Shown one piece after another: positions 48,780 to 61,500 of a stretch of 64,000 bases of DNA. Origin of the DNA: Callorhinchus milii (Eukaryota). Position 1 is the stretch's first letter. Each line of letters opens with the position of its first letter. The stretch spans positions 65,348,001 to 65,412,000 of the forward strand of contig NW_024704745.1 in assembly GCF_018977255.1 (NCBI RefSeq). Direction: 5' to 3'. A program made the position numbers and the translations under genes. The notes beneath the pieces were generated by a model, which saw nothing but the letters and a program-made list of their open reading frames with translations, made no database searches and had not been told where the DNA came from.

Positions 48780-49015
48780 CAACAACAAAATACATTTATA
48801 GAGCGCCTGGAGGATGTCCCAAAGTGCTGAACAGTCAGGTGTCGGGGCCCGAGCATGTGGGAGGGGTGGTGTAGGGGTGAGGGAAGGCAGAGAGGTGGGA
48901 TGGTGACCAAAGGCACGATCAAAGAGAAGGGTCTTGAGACTGGCCTTGAAGGAGGCAAGGGAGGAAGCGAGGCGAAGGGACCGTGAGATGGAGTTCCAGA
49001 GGGTGGTGGCAGAGA
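48780..49015 (-). mobile_element. L2 3' end
   Basis: caacaacaaaatacatttatagagcgcc tail; LWNS-type ctctggaactcc on - strand. Confidence 0.8.
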
Positions 49016-49306
49016 CAAACTGTTCTGTCTGTTGGATTTAATACCATTATGCTTAGCAATAGACTGGTGACTCCAGGAGTATGGTAAACCTATACCAGTA
49101 CGTTTGCATATTCTTGCTATTAGTGCTGTGCTGCTCCAGTAATTCTACAACGTGGATTTCAAGCCTTACAGATTTAAAGTTTTACCTGATAAATTGTTTC
49201 TCATACTTATACTTTTCTTCAGTAAAGAAAATTATGCGTATTCATGTGGCAAAACTTAAAGCTGTAATTTTAATAATAATAATAATCCTTATAAACAAAT
49301 TCATAT

Positions 49307-49606
49307 TAATAATAATCCTTGCATTTGATATAGCGCTTTTCACGTCTTCGAGAGTCTAAGCGCTTCACAGAGTATACTGTAAAGTGAATTGACTGTATAT
49401 TTGTGGACGAAATGCAGCAGACAATTGTGCACAGCAGTGTCCCACAAACAGTCGTGGATTGAGTGACCAAATTTTTTTTTTTCTTGAGGGATTATTGTCA
49501 GGCGTGTGGAGTAAGGAAACTTGACCAAGGTTTCGCCCTGCCAGGAATTGAACCCAGGTCTCTCGCTTGAGAGGCAAGTGCTCTAATCACTGAGCTACAG
49601 GACTCC
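49307..49606 (-). mobile_element. Young SINE (short variant), full length
   Basis: Head to tail intact; extra tail-like copy at 49271-49290. Confidence 0.92.
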
Positions 49607-49824
49607 GCAATATTTTAGCACTTACCCTTCTTGTCGCTCAGCAGTAGTAACTGGACCTTATTTACAAATACTTAGACGTGTGCTTATTGATCCACATTTT
49701 ATACCCAGTATCTGTAGTGGGCAAAGCCAGATGTATTGTATAGCTCTCTATTCTTCTCTAGCTCAACCTTTGAGAATATCTGCTCTGTGACTGCAAAATT
49801 TTCTGATTCTCGTACCGTACCTCT

Positions 49825-50145
49825 CCGACTTGCTTACTCCCCATCCCACAACAAGCTGCCTCTGCTCGACTGGCTCTGTCTGGGTTTCTGCACGTCCCTC
49901 ATACCCTCTGCTCCACCATTGGTGACCAAGCTTCCAGCCAGTACGCTCTGAAACTCTGGAACACTCTTCATCTCTTTGCTTCTTCCTTCCCCATCTTCAG
50001 GTCGTGCCTGAAGACCTTCCTATTCAACCATGCCTACGGTTACCCTCCTCCCATTGGCTTGGTGTCAGGACAAATCTGCCACTGTCAAGTGTTCTGGGAT
50101 GCTTCCCTATGTGAGGGGCGCTATATAAATGCAAGTTGTTGTTGA
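49825..50145 (+). mobile_element. L2 3' end
   Basis: ctgaagaccttcctattcaacc...gcgctatataaatgcaagttgttgttg. Confidence 0.78.
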
Positions 50146-50904
50146 ACTACGAGTTTTTATGATGCCTGTAACAATTGGTTTGTGCTGAGGGATGATGCTC
50201 AGCAGGACCTCCACCAGGGTGGACACTGGCTAAGACCATTTCACGTACAACTTCCAGAGAGAGACTGGAGCTTTTTTCATCGCAGCAGTTTAGACTGGTT
50301 TCAAACCCAGAGGTTCATTTAGGGAGCTTATCCAGATGAGAATAGCTTCTTTCTGTGCTATGAAATCCCAGGTGAAAGGAAATTGTTCCATTTAAACTTT
50401 TTGAAAATAAATTGGTGGGAGGTGTGAAAACATATTTTTAAGATAGTAAGATAATTAGGATTGGAGGTGTAGAAGATTTGGAGAATTTTTGAATGCAACA
50501 AGAATGCATGAAATCTGTAGGATAGTGGACCTTAATATGGATTTTAATTCTGTACAACGCCAGATAGATTGTTCAAGTCTAAAGGCATTAAATGGAGATT
50601 GACAGCATTAGGTAACCTGTCGGTGACAGTTCTGTGTTGTATTGTGTTGCCAGATGTAATTATTCAGGCTAAGCTACGAATATAGATTTTTAATTTTACC
50701 TGCAGTAGTTTTTCAAATGAAATACTGTACAATTAGATAATCTCTCAGGAATCACTGAAGCGTTCAGGTCATTCATCTCCTTACAATTGGATATGATAGG
50801 AAGCAGATCTATAAATGTCTTATTCGATTGAATCTGACTGAAATGTTGGAACACAGAGCAGTTTTGATTCATGCAAAAAATATTCTGTGTGGGAACCTGC
50901 CTCG

Positions 50905-51205
50905 TCAAGTATTCAGAGGAGACATTAAACTGAGATCCCATCTGCCTTTTCAGGTGGGATGTTGAGGATCCTACGGCATTGCTGGAATGGAGAAGGGGAT
51001 TTCTCCCAGTGTCCTGTCCAGCAATGCCTCAGATTAATTTGGTCATTTACTTCATGGCTGTTTATGTGACATTGCTTTGCGCAAATTGGCTGCACTTTCA
51101 CCTACAAAATATAGTCACTGCACTTTACAGTAAATGCTGTGAAGCACTTTTGAGATATCCTCCCAATGGGAAAGAAGCTACATCAAATGCAAGGATTATT
51201 ATTAT
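50905..51205 (+). mobile_element. Old Deu SINE 3' two-thirds
   Basis: gacattaaactgag...caggtggg...gcgcaaattggctgc...aaatgcaaggattattattatt. Confidence 0.78.
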
Positions 51206-51599
51206 TCATCTATAACTTTGTTTTAATTTTTAACTTGTATTAACTTATAAATGTTTCACCTTGTGTATGAAAATGGTCTCGAAACATTGGAGAGAGGCAT
51301 ATATGCCAAGGATTATGGGCATCGTTTATCAACATGAAAGGATTAAAAAGCAAATCAAGGGATTCATTAAAGGAAAGAGACTTTGAAAAATAGAAATTCA
51401 ACTTAGCTACTTACGCTCATACAGTCTCTTTATGTCCTAAAAATACTGTTTTTGTTTATTTAAATTCTAGTTTGCTTAATTTTATCGTGATAATTTCTTG
51501 TCCTGACAATTTCTGAAAGTATCTTTAAAGGTAATAAAGGCCCTTGTTAATTGAAGTTGAAAATATTCAATTTGTTTGAGCCTTGCTAGTCTGGATTTT

Positions 51600-51780
51600 A
51601 ACAACAACAACTCTCATTTATATAGCACCCTTCACGTGTGGTAGTGTTCCGGAGCGCTTGACAGTGGTGGAGTCTGATCCCGAGCCAGTAAGCACGATCA
51701 AAAAGGAAAGTCTTTAGGCGGGATATGAAAGTGGGGAGGGAGAGGTCAAGGCGGAGGGATTGAGGGAGGAAGTTCCACAG
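51600..51780 (-). mobile_element. L2 3' end fragment
   Basis: aacaacaacaactctcatttatatagcaccc...gaagttccacag. Confidence 0.7.
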
Positions 51781-53755
51781 CTAAGCTGCAACCTGTGGTT
51801 TTTCTTGAGCAAATTAGCAATAGAAAGTATACATTTTTCAGATTTTTTTTCTGAAATTCTAATTACAAAATTTCTACAGTTAGTATTTATTAACTTACTA
51901 ATTTGCATTTCCCCTGAATGATCGAAGGTTTTTTGGAGGGGAATTAGATTGAAATTTGTGTGAATGATTAATGTTATCGACTAAGTTTGATACAATTCTG
52001 ATCCAGTGCTAAATTAATGCACGTTTATGAGCAGTACTAAGCTAATTTAGATTTGCTAATCCTTGCTGTGTAAGATTTACATAAATGCACATGTGCTAAC
52101 TTTCTGCTTATGTAAACTAACGTCTGATAATCTCACCAACTTTTCGTGTGTGAAACTCAGTTCATTTAATGATTATTCCTTAGTCTGCCTCCACATTAAA
52201 GCACTAGTCCTGTATGTTCGTCTTTATAGTCCAGCGGTATTACAGAAGTTATGCTACCGTTGGTTGGTTGGTTTACTGACCTTTTGTGACAACTAATCAC
52301 GTTATGAACCCACAGCCTTCTGATTCAAAGGCAGGAGTGCTTTCAACTGAGCCAGGCTGATACCTTATAATGTGGTGTGATTGCACAGAGTAGAATCACC
52401 TTACACATCTTGTCTCAATTGCTGTTTTTCTTGTACAGTTGACCACATGTGCCAACATAAAGGAACATAACACTATTCACACACATGGACTTTCCTCTCT
52501 GCAGTCGTTTGTTGAAACTAATTATCAGCCAACTGGTGATATACCAAATAATTATCTGCAATGACAAGAAATTCAACCAGTGACTTTCTTGGTCTGTCCA
52601 ACACAGTGAAACACCATGTGGAGAGCATACCTGGATTTATGATGTGCAGGATAATTCTCAGCCATTCATTTCTCTGAGTTGCAAAATATGTAAAAGTCTA
52701 AGGAAAGAACGAACTTGCATTTTTATATTGTGTAGAAGTCTTGAAGTACTTAATAGGTAATTGCTGTTAAGTTTTTGTTATTTGTAGTCAAGTGTGGCAG
52801 CTTTTCCCAGCACCTCAAGTAACTAAGTGAATGACCAATTAGTGTAAAGTATACATTTGCATCTTTCTGGTCTGAATCGACTGCTGCCAAGTGTGATGAG
52901 TTTGAGATTTGTTAACAATCTGTCTGATATTAAACCTGAAACCTTTTAGGAGGAGTTCTTCATTTGACCTACAAATCCTGTCGCATCCTCTTCTTAGATA
53001 TTCTCTGCATGTTTGTGCACAGTTTTCTTTATACTTGAGCATCTTTACAAAGTTGTCCAGCTCCAGAAATTGGAAGAAATATTTGCCCTTCGAAAAGATG
53101 AATGGACAGAAATTCTTATCAGATTAACACTCGAGAAACAACTATTAGTTGAGAAAGGATTACTGTTCCTCTTAAGGACAAATGTACCAGCCTTTTCGAG
53201 AATTACTGCAGCAACTCAAGGTACAGTGCTGTTAGAGGACATTCAATTTGTGCACGGCACTTTCTTGGCTCATTCTCATGGTCTCACTGTGAGCCAAGAT
53301 ATCAATAAATGATTGCTTCAAATGTTGGTCAGAGTGCATTTCTGGTCTAGAAACGTGTAGGTGATTACCAATATCTATTGCAGTTAGTTGATGCCTGAAG
53401 CAACAATAACCATGATGTAATCACTGCAAGCTTATTGTGGAATAAATATGTATGCATTGGTGCTCTAATTTTATAACTACCTTTTGGCTACAAGTGCTAA
53501 GATGATTATGAATGTGAAATAATTGAAAACAATGCTTTCATGTAGTTCATGATAAAGGAGAGGTTAAATGTATGCAGTAATTCATGCTTATTGCATTTAG
53601 TTTTTCCTCTGCAGTCTCCCATTTGAAACAGCAATTTTTTTTAAAAAAAGGAATAAAGGTTGCTTCCTCATTGCAATGAGCCACAGTGGATTTGAATTTT
53701 TTGGGTTATAGTGAAGTGGAAGAAATGAAATTTGAAACACCAAATTTTCATTTTA

Positions 53756-53935
53756 AATTCCATCAATAGAAAATCCCCTTTGGAAAAAACCCATACAAAA
53801 CATTTTACTGATCATGGATCACGTTGCTATGAAAATTGGGTTCTGAATTCCATCAGTGGAAAATATCCTTTAAAATAAACCAAAATGAAACATTTTACTG
53901 ATCGGGACTTTTATTACTATGAAAATTAGGTTCCA
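53756..53935. repeat. Diverged tandem duplication, 2 x 90 bp
   Basis: aattccatca...aaacattttactgatc...ctatgaaaatt(g/a)ggttc repeated at 53756 and 53846. Confidence 0.85.
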
Positions 53936-54223
53936 AATAACTGATTTAGTGTCTTTCTCTATCCTCTTCTCACGCCCTCCTGAGGGCAAGACAGAATTAA
54001 TTGTTCATTATTAGAAAGCACATCATTAGAAACAGTTTTTATTTTATCTAGTGCTAGTGGCGTTTGTACAATAGTTCTAGTTAATAATTTCTTCTGTATG
54101 CTTACCTTTGTATGAGGCACTTGATGTGTTCTGCAGTAATCTACAATGTCTCTATTGGTGTTTTTGGAACAGGACTACTGTACTACTGTCTTCCCAAATA
54201 AGGATCCTTGATGGTTTGCTCTG

Positions 54224-54607
54224 AAATAATAATATATAATAATATATAATCCTTGCATTTTATATAGCGCCTTATCACGTCTTCGAGACTTATCAAAGCG
54301 CATCACAGAATATATACTATAAAGTGAATTGAATGTATATTTTGTGGGTGAAATGTTGCAGCCAATCCTGCACACCAGTGTCCCACAAACAGTCGTAGAT
54401 TGAGTGACCAAATTCTTCTTATATTTTAAGGATTTCTTACCCCCGGAAAAGTGCTTGACAATCGACTAACAACCGAGTTCCTACTTACTGCTGGGTAAAC
54501 AAGGCGTGTGGAGTAAGGAAACTTGCCCAATGTTTTGCCCTGCCAGGAATCAATCCCAGGTCTCTCGCTTGCGAGGCAAGTGCTCCAGCACTGAGTTACT
54601 GGACTCC
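54224..54607 (-). mobile_element. Young SINE, long variant, full length
   Basis: Head ggagtccagtaactcagtg; internal module; tail. Confidence 0.9.
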
Positions 54608-54956
54608 TATAAATGCTACTTTCTGGGTACAATAGATGCCAAAATCGATTCGCAAAACTGCAGCACTTAGGACTGGGTGACCTGGATTATGTCAACTATC
54701 ATTCAATTTCAAAACTTTGTATCTCTGGTGGGGAGATGTGAGGCATTTAACTGAGATTGCAGATTCTTCTCCAGTGACCCATGGTTTAGGAGAAGGATAG
54801 GAATCTGGCCAAGAAAATATTCCTTGTTTTGATTGAAAAGCTATACTTCATGTATTATATTACACACAACATGGCAGTAGTGTTCCAATAGCTCTGTTAA
54901 GCATAGCCTCAACAATGCAAACAATATAAGTATATGTTATTGTTGCAATATTCAAC

Positions 54957-55067
54957 AATAATAATCCTTGCATTTGATATAATGGCTTATTACGTCTTTG
55001 AGACATCTCAAAGCGCTTCACAGAATATACTGTAAAGTGAATTGGCTATATATTTTGTGGGCGAAAC
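54957..55067 (-). mobile_element. Young SINE tail fragment
   Basis: aataataatccttgcatttgatat...gtgggcgaaac. Confidence 0.85.
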
Positions 55068-55751
55068 AATAATTGATCTGAAAAACATATGGTTCCCTGG
55101 ACTATGAAGAACTTGGGGAAAGCCAATCCAACGCTCAACAGTATTCTATTCTTCTATTATTTTATCCCCAATGCTTACAAATCCTTCACGTTCCTGTAAC
55201 TGCTGAACTGCAACTGCAGAACCGTGCGACAAACATCTGCACTGATCTTTTAAAAACAAATTGGAATTATTCTGAATAAAATGGTTTAGTTAATATTTAT
55301 TGTAACAATTATAGTCAACTTGCAGGTTTTTTGTGTTTCATGTTATAGTGCTGGGCGATGTTGTGCAGTAACTTTATATTCTCTGAGCTTTTTGGTATTC
55401 ATGTTCATGTGCACAGTTGGTTAGAGGTTCAACCCATAACAATTAGTTTCGCTCGGTGAAGGGCATTGTTTCACTTTAAGACTCAGATGCCTTATCTTGA
55501 TTAAGGTAACTCCATTATACGACTTGTTGATTTTAAATCATTTTCATTATTCTGCATTTACAATGCATCATTTCAAATGCAGCATTAAAATGTGACTTTC
55601 CTTCTGACATTGAAAGAACCTTGTTCTGTAATATGCTAAGTTACTTAATATTTTGTGTAGAATCAACAAATTGAAAGACAAATTGTTCTGGCGCCAAAGA
55701 TTTGCTGTATAATATTTACAGCAAAAAATTGCTTCAAAAATAATAAAAATA

Positions 55752-55930
55752 ATAAATTGGTCACTCAATCCACGACTGTTTGTGGGACACTGCTGTGTGC
55801 AATTGGCTGCCGCGTTTTGCCCACAAAATGTACAGTCCATTCACTTTACAGTATATTCTGTGAAGTGCTTTGAGACGTCTCGAAGGCGTGATGAAGAGCT
55901 ATATCAAATGGAAGGATTATTATTATTATT
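55752..55930 (+). mobile_element. Young SINE 3' half
   Basis: aaattggtcactcaatccacgactg...ggattattattattatt. Confidence 0.9.
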
Positions 55931-57099
55931 AAAAGTAATGGATAATGTGCGTAGGTTCAAAAGGGGATTTAAGGATTGGTATTTAAAATAATGGGGACGA
56001 ATACAATATATATATATATATAACTGGGATTCACCAGAATCTGTTCTGTTGAATACTCTGCCATCTTATTTGTGACAGAGCTTGATGTGTGGTGTCGGGA
56101 TGAGATTTTTAATGATTCGTTGGCGTATAACCCTAAGTTTTGAAGTAGATCATTGTTTAATACATTTGTTTTAAAAAACGTCCCTTCAGTTATTTTTATC
56201 CCCTATATAGTAAGAAATATGCCCTTAATTTGATATAACGCCTTTCATATTGAGAGGACGTTTTAGAGATTTAATGAGCAGTGACGTAACTATTTTGTAG
56301 CAAATGTGGCAGCCAATTTGTGCACAATAACATCCAGTCATGACAGATAGTCATGAAATGTAAAGTAGGTGAACGCAGCAGCCAATTTGTTAGCAACAGT
56401 GTCCTATAAACAGCCATGAAATGAATGACCAATTTACCTCAGAGATTGTTAGCCAGATTGCAATCTTTTTCTTTTTGAATAGTGCCATTAGATCTTTAAT
56501 GTCCTTCTGAACAGGCAGACATCTTTGTGATATTATGTGATCTTTGCAACTATATTAGTAAAAGCTTAGAAGTGCTTCTCTTTCTCCCGCCTTCCCAATT
56601 GATTCAGTGGATAAATAAATCACCAGTTTTATTGAGCCAGTCCAGGAGGCTTCAGATTTCAATTCCTGGTGTAACCAAGAGTGTGGCAAAAAGAGGAGAT
56701 GGTATAAATATGTTATTTGACTTTCGGTGGGTGTTTGATTAGTTACCGCTTGTGGCTAAAGAGTTGCAGAATCTCGGGCGCAGTGGCTGAAAACACAGCC
56801 GCCAATGGAGTAGTTGAGGGGACTAGGAACGTGCAGGAGGTCAGAACTGGCTGAGTGAAGTGGATTGGTAGAGGATACAGTGTATATTCACAAAGATGAT
56901 AATGATGGTGTGCGGTTATAGTTATAAGCCTGGAGCGGTTTTGACTTAAAAATAATAATAATCTTTGTATTTGATATAGACCTTAACGTTGGAAGGATTA
57001 CAGTGACACCATTTTTGTAAATGAACCCGGAGGGCAATTTTGACCATAGCATTGTTCCACAGCCCTGAAATGAATGACCAACTCTTATTTATTTCATTG

Positions 57100-57430
57100 G
57101 AGCAGAGAAGGTTGCAGGGGTAATGTGATAGAGGGGTTTAAAATAACGAAAGGGTTTGAGAGGATAAATGGTGAACTATTTCTGCTGGTAAGTGATTCAA
57201 GACCAAGAGGGCATGAATTTAAAATTATAACCAGGAGTGTTAACAGAGAAGTTCGGGAAGAAATATCTTTCAGAGATTGCAGAGTTTGGAATAATGCTGG
57301 AGCTGACTCAAATTAAGTATTTAAAAAGGAAATTGGATAAGTATATGTCAAGAAGGGGTGTTAGTTGGTACTAGGAAATAACTATGGATTAGGATACGCG
57401 GCTTCGTTGGAGGAGCAAACGTTTGACATT
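57100..57430 (+). mobile_element. Old CR1 3' fragment
   Basis: RGNVIEGFKITKGFERINGELF...RPRGHEFKI...RVWN. Confidence 0.72.
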
Positions 57431-58272
57431 AATAATGGGGCAAATGAGCTACCGTGTAGTAGATTTATATAGTTTGTTGTTTTATTTGATCCCCACTGGA
57501 ACAATGCTATATTTCATGATGATAGCTTGAGTTTATAGCATCTTTCAGTTATCAATAAACATTTGAATGCACTTAGAATTCTTAGAAGCAACGTGAATGT
57601 ATATTCAAATTGGATAGCTAATCTGGACTAACAATATTTCATAGATGACAATGAGGTGACAGCTAATTAATTTGAAAATTTATGGATACATGTGATTAGA
57701 TGAGAAATATAATAATATTAATAATAGTAATTCTCAAATTTGATAAAGTGCCTTATAAGACAGAATAACAGGGAGGAAGATGCCATATATATGAAATAGC
57801 ATGGTCTTTTAGAATATGTAGGTTCCCACAGTCACCTTTGAGACGTGCTGTTGATGTGAAAACATTATATACATGCAAATTGTTATTCCTATGGGACTGT
57901 TCAGTTTTATGACTGGCATATAGGAAAATGGGAAGGGAATTATTCTCCTTCAGAAAGGACAATAAATTCTGTAGTAATTGGGTAATGTGTATTATAACAG
58001 AGCTCAGTGAGAAATGAATTGTTTACCATATTTTAAAAATTGATTTTAGAGTTGCTGAACCAGCATTTAATATATCCTTGGTGTTTCTGTTGGTTGGGCA
58101 CCAGACTTAACACCAGAAGATTCTTGCTTCAAATCCCACTGGGTCCACACCAACTCTGCATTCTGTGCTTTTTCAAAGATCTCCCTTGGATCGACCAAAT
58201 TAATTCCTGAATATGATAATAATCCTTGCATTTGATATAACACCTTATCATGTTAATAATAATAATATTTGT

Positions 58273-58567
58273 GGAGTCCTGTAACTCAGTGGTTAGAGCA
58301 CTCGCTTTTCAATTCCAGGCAGGGCGAAACCTTGGGCAAGTTTCCTTACTCCACACGCCTAATAATAATCCCTCCCAAACCAAAAACAATAATAAATTGG
58401 TCGTTTTCAATCTACGACTGTTTGTGGGACATTGCTGTGCGCAATTGGCTGCCGCGTTCGCCCACAAATGTACAGTCAATTCACTTTACAGTGTGTTCTG
58501 TGAAGCGCTTTGGGACGTCCTCTCGACGTGAAAAGCGCTATATCAAATGCAAGGATTATTATTATTA
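58273..58567 (+). mobile_element. Young SINE (variant B) flanked by 33-bp direct repeats
   Basis: atccttgcatttgatataacacctt(a/t)tcatgtt at 58222-58254 and 58567-58599. Confidence 0.92.
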
Positions 58568-58920
58568 TCCTTGCATTTGATATAACACCTTTTCATGTTG
58601 TTCAGATGGCTGAAAGCTCGACTTGGCTCTCGTGTAGTGGGAGCCAAAACAATGGGACACATTCTTAAAAATTAGAGAGAGGGCAAACAGAACTGAGATC
58701 AATAAATATCACAAAACATTTGTGTAAATATAGAATGCTCTGCTCCAGGAAGCTTTAGCAGCCAAATTAGATAGTTATTTGAGGATTAAGGCTTATAGGG
58801 AAAAGGTGGGGAAATGGTATTTTAAAAAATCTGCCGTAATTTAATAAACTATCATAACAGGCTTGATGGGTCAGTGACCTTTATATTCCTAAATAAATAA
58901 GATCTGAGGAGAAATGTCCG

Positions 58921-59515
58921 AACAACAGCAACAACAAGATTACATTTGTATAGCGCCTTTCACGTCAGGAGGACGGGACTTGAAGGAGGCTAAGGAGGGG
59001 GTGAGGCGGAGTGATGGGGGGGATGGAATTCCAGAGGTTGGGGGCAGAGTGGCTGAAGGCTCTCCCGCCAATGATGAGGTGGGTGGGTGGGGTTCGTGAA
59101 ATAGGTCGGAGCCGGCTGAGTGGAGGGAGCGGGCGGGTTGGTAAGGGGTTAGGAGGTCACAGAGGTAGGGTGGAGCGAGGCCATGTAGGGCTTTGTAGGT
59201 GAGGACCAGGATCTTGAACTGGATCCTCTGAAGGATAGGGAGCCAATGGAGTCGGGCGAGAATGGGGGAGATGGGGTCACGGAGTTTGGTGCGGGAGAGG
59301 ACACGGGCTGCAGAGTCCTGGATTATCTGCAGCCTGTGGAGGAAGGAGTTGGGAAGGCCAACAAGCAGGGCATTTGCATAGTCGAGCCTGGAGGTGATGA
59401 AGGCATGAACAAGAGTTTCAGCGGCCTGAGGGGTGAGGTAGTGGTGGAGTTGGGCTGTTACGGAGGTAAGGGAAGGCAGAGCGGGTCATGGCTTGGATGT
59501 GGGGAAGAAAAGACA
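58921..59515 (-). mobile_element. L2 3' fragment
   Basis: aacaacagcaacaacaag tail; IQFKILV-type ccagttcaagatcctggtc; homologous to 7130-7680. Confidence 0.85.
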
Positions 59516-60430
59516 GGTGAAGCCAGGTCAGGTCAACAATAATCCGTGTATTGTTAATCCATTCAGCTTTGTCAAGTTCATCAATGAGACTCGGAATTGC
59601 CGATATTTCTTCAACCCTACCAGCAAAATCTCTGTGGGTAAAGTGATCCTTACTGACCAAGCAGAGTGGTTACCATTTTTCTTGTTGAAGCAGCATCTTT
59701 TCCAAATAATAGGACTTTGAATTTAATTAAAATTTACTTAAATGCATGAAGAGCAAACACCTGTTTTCAAATGCATTTTATATTTATTTACAATTGTTTT
59801 CAACTGAATAGCGATCAATGTGCGGCTATACTCATTTTAAAAGCAGACCTAGATTTCATCATGAAGAGTCAGCGGAAGTAATTGCAAACCAAAGGTATTG
59901 TGAAAAATGACCTAAAGGAAGATCAATTTTTTTTGCATTTAAAACTTAAAAGGATTAGGAATGCTGCACTATAATAATACATTAGTTTCATCAGAGGTGA
60001 ACTGAAAAATTGAAGCAGAATGCTTCATTAGTCACATCAATGTTCCAATATTTTAGAATGAAATAAACAGATCTTCAATTAACAACTTTGAACATATTAC
60101 AATGAATCAGGTTGACGTGTGTCTATATTTAGGTGTTCGTTTATCACCAATGTTGGAGTCGGTTGTGAAATCAATTTTACTCATTAAAGTACTACTATTA
60201 ACCTGAACTACTGTAGTTAGAATGGAATACATGTCATTTTTAAACAATCAATTTTAATATGACAACACTTTTTAAGTGAAGTATTCATCAGGTTGCATTA
60301 ATGTTCCCCAAAACAGGCAATCTTATTCATTTGTCCTCAGCAGAATGTAAGGCAGGTTCTTAAACACAGCAGTTGTAGATAGTACAAAGAAGAGTGCAGA
60401 TCAACCTAGTTGGTTGGCCAATAAAATACA

Positions 60431-60491
60431 TTTTCTTCATTGAATATTTCTTGATTTATGCCATAAATCAAGAAATATTCAATCAAGAAAA
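60431..60491. repeat. Near-perfect 61-bp palindrome
   Basis: 30-bp arms with 1 mismatch and a 1-nt spacer: ttttcttcattgaatatttcttgatttatg c cataaatcaagaaatattcaatcaagaaaa. Confidence 0.95.
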
Positions 60492-60912
60492 ACTTGAAAC
60501 ACAATATTGTGTTACAACCCTCACTTAAGACTATGTGCAAATGTTCCATGAGTCACTTCCAGCCATGGATTGGTCATCACTGGTGCAGATGATTGCACCA
60601 ATAGATTGTGAAGGCCATTATCTTCCAGAAGAATTTTAAGAACCAAATAAATAAATCAACATTACTTTTGAACTGCTTTTGTTGTTGTTAAAACATTTTC
60701 TGTGTACCTTAACAGAAATAAAACTGGAGAGATCTGTGCAGAATCGAGCAAAGCCCTCTCTTTATTTAGGATAAAATATGGAGACATGCTGTTCCTCTTT
60801 CCAGCAGGTGCTCCTGGCCTTTCCACTCAGGTCACGCAGACTTTGTGCATGGGAGGACCATATATTGGGAGTACAGCTGCAGCCTCTGTAGAGGATGAAA
60901 TTGACCAGATTC

Positions 60913-61010
60913 TAGATAGTTTGGGACATATGTGTATTTGACTGCCAGGAAGGTGGAAGGCGAACTAGATGGATGTTGATCTATTTTGGCTAGCATTTCT
61001 TATGTTCTTA
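60913..61010 (+). mobile_element. CR1 3' tail only (family of 3110-4020)
   Basis: tagatagtttgggacatatgtg...ggaaggtggaagg...ttcttatgttctta. Confidence 0.85.
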
Positions 61011-61119
61011 AAAGGTTTCTGATACATGTGGAAACCCATCACAATACGTAATCCAGAGTATCCAAACCAGAATTTGTTTTCCATGCATACCACATACACA
61101 TGGAAAATCCTGTGTCTTT

Positions 61120-61500
61120 CCGGAGATTATTAGGCACGTGTTGGCAAGAGCCAAGGCCTCAGGGTGTGGTCTGGAAGGAGTGTCCTGAGATGGACACGCC
61201 CTGCTTCCTAATTCCAGGGAGTATTAGATCAGGTTGGCACAAGCCAAAGCCTTGGGATCCCAGAATGTGCGTTGGGTACTGCTGGAGTCTAACCAGCTAA
61301 AACCACATAGCTTCTCATTGAGGCCTTATAGGGCTAACAGGAGTCAAATAGGAAGAATATATGCTCTCACTGACCTCCAATTCCTGCTGAAGAGCCGGGC
61401 TGGCTGGTCTGTAATCAGCAGTGCTCAGGAACACTGCGGATCCACCTGGCTCAGGAATAGACTACTGAGGCGCCACAGAGGGCTGACTTGATTCTGACAT
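61120..61500 (-). repeat. Unclassified interspersed repeat, copy 4
   Basis: Reverse complement: ggttttagctggttagactccagcagtaccc...gaattaggaagcag; cctggctcaggaa shared with 18061. Confidence 0.8.

Noticed and set aside
56006-56021. (TA)n microsatellite
   Set aside because: Ordinary short simple repeat
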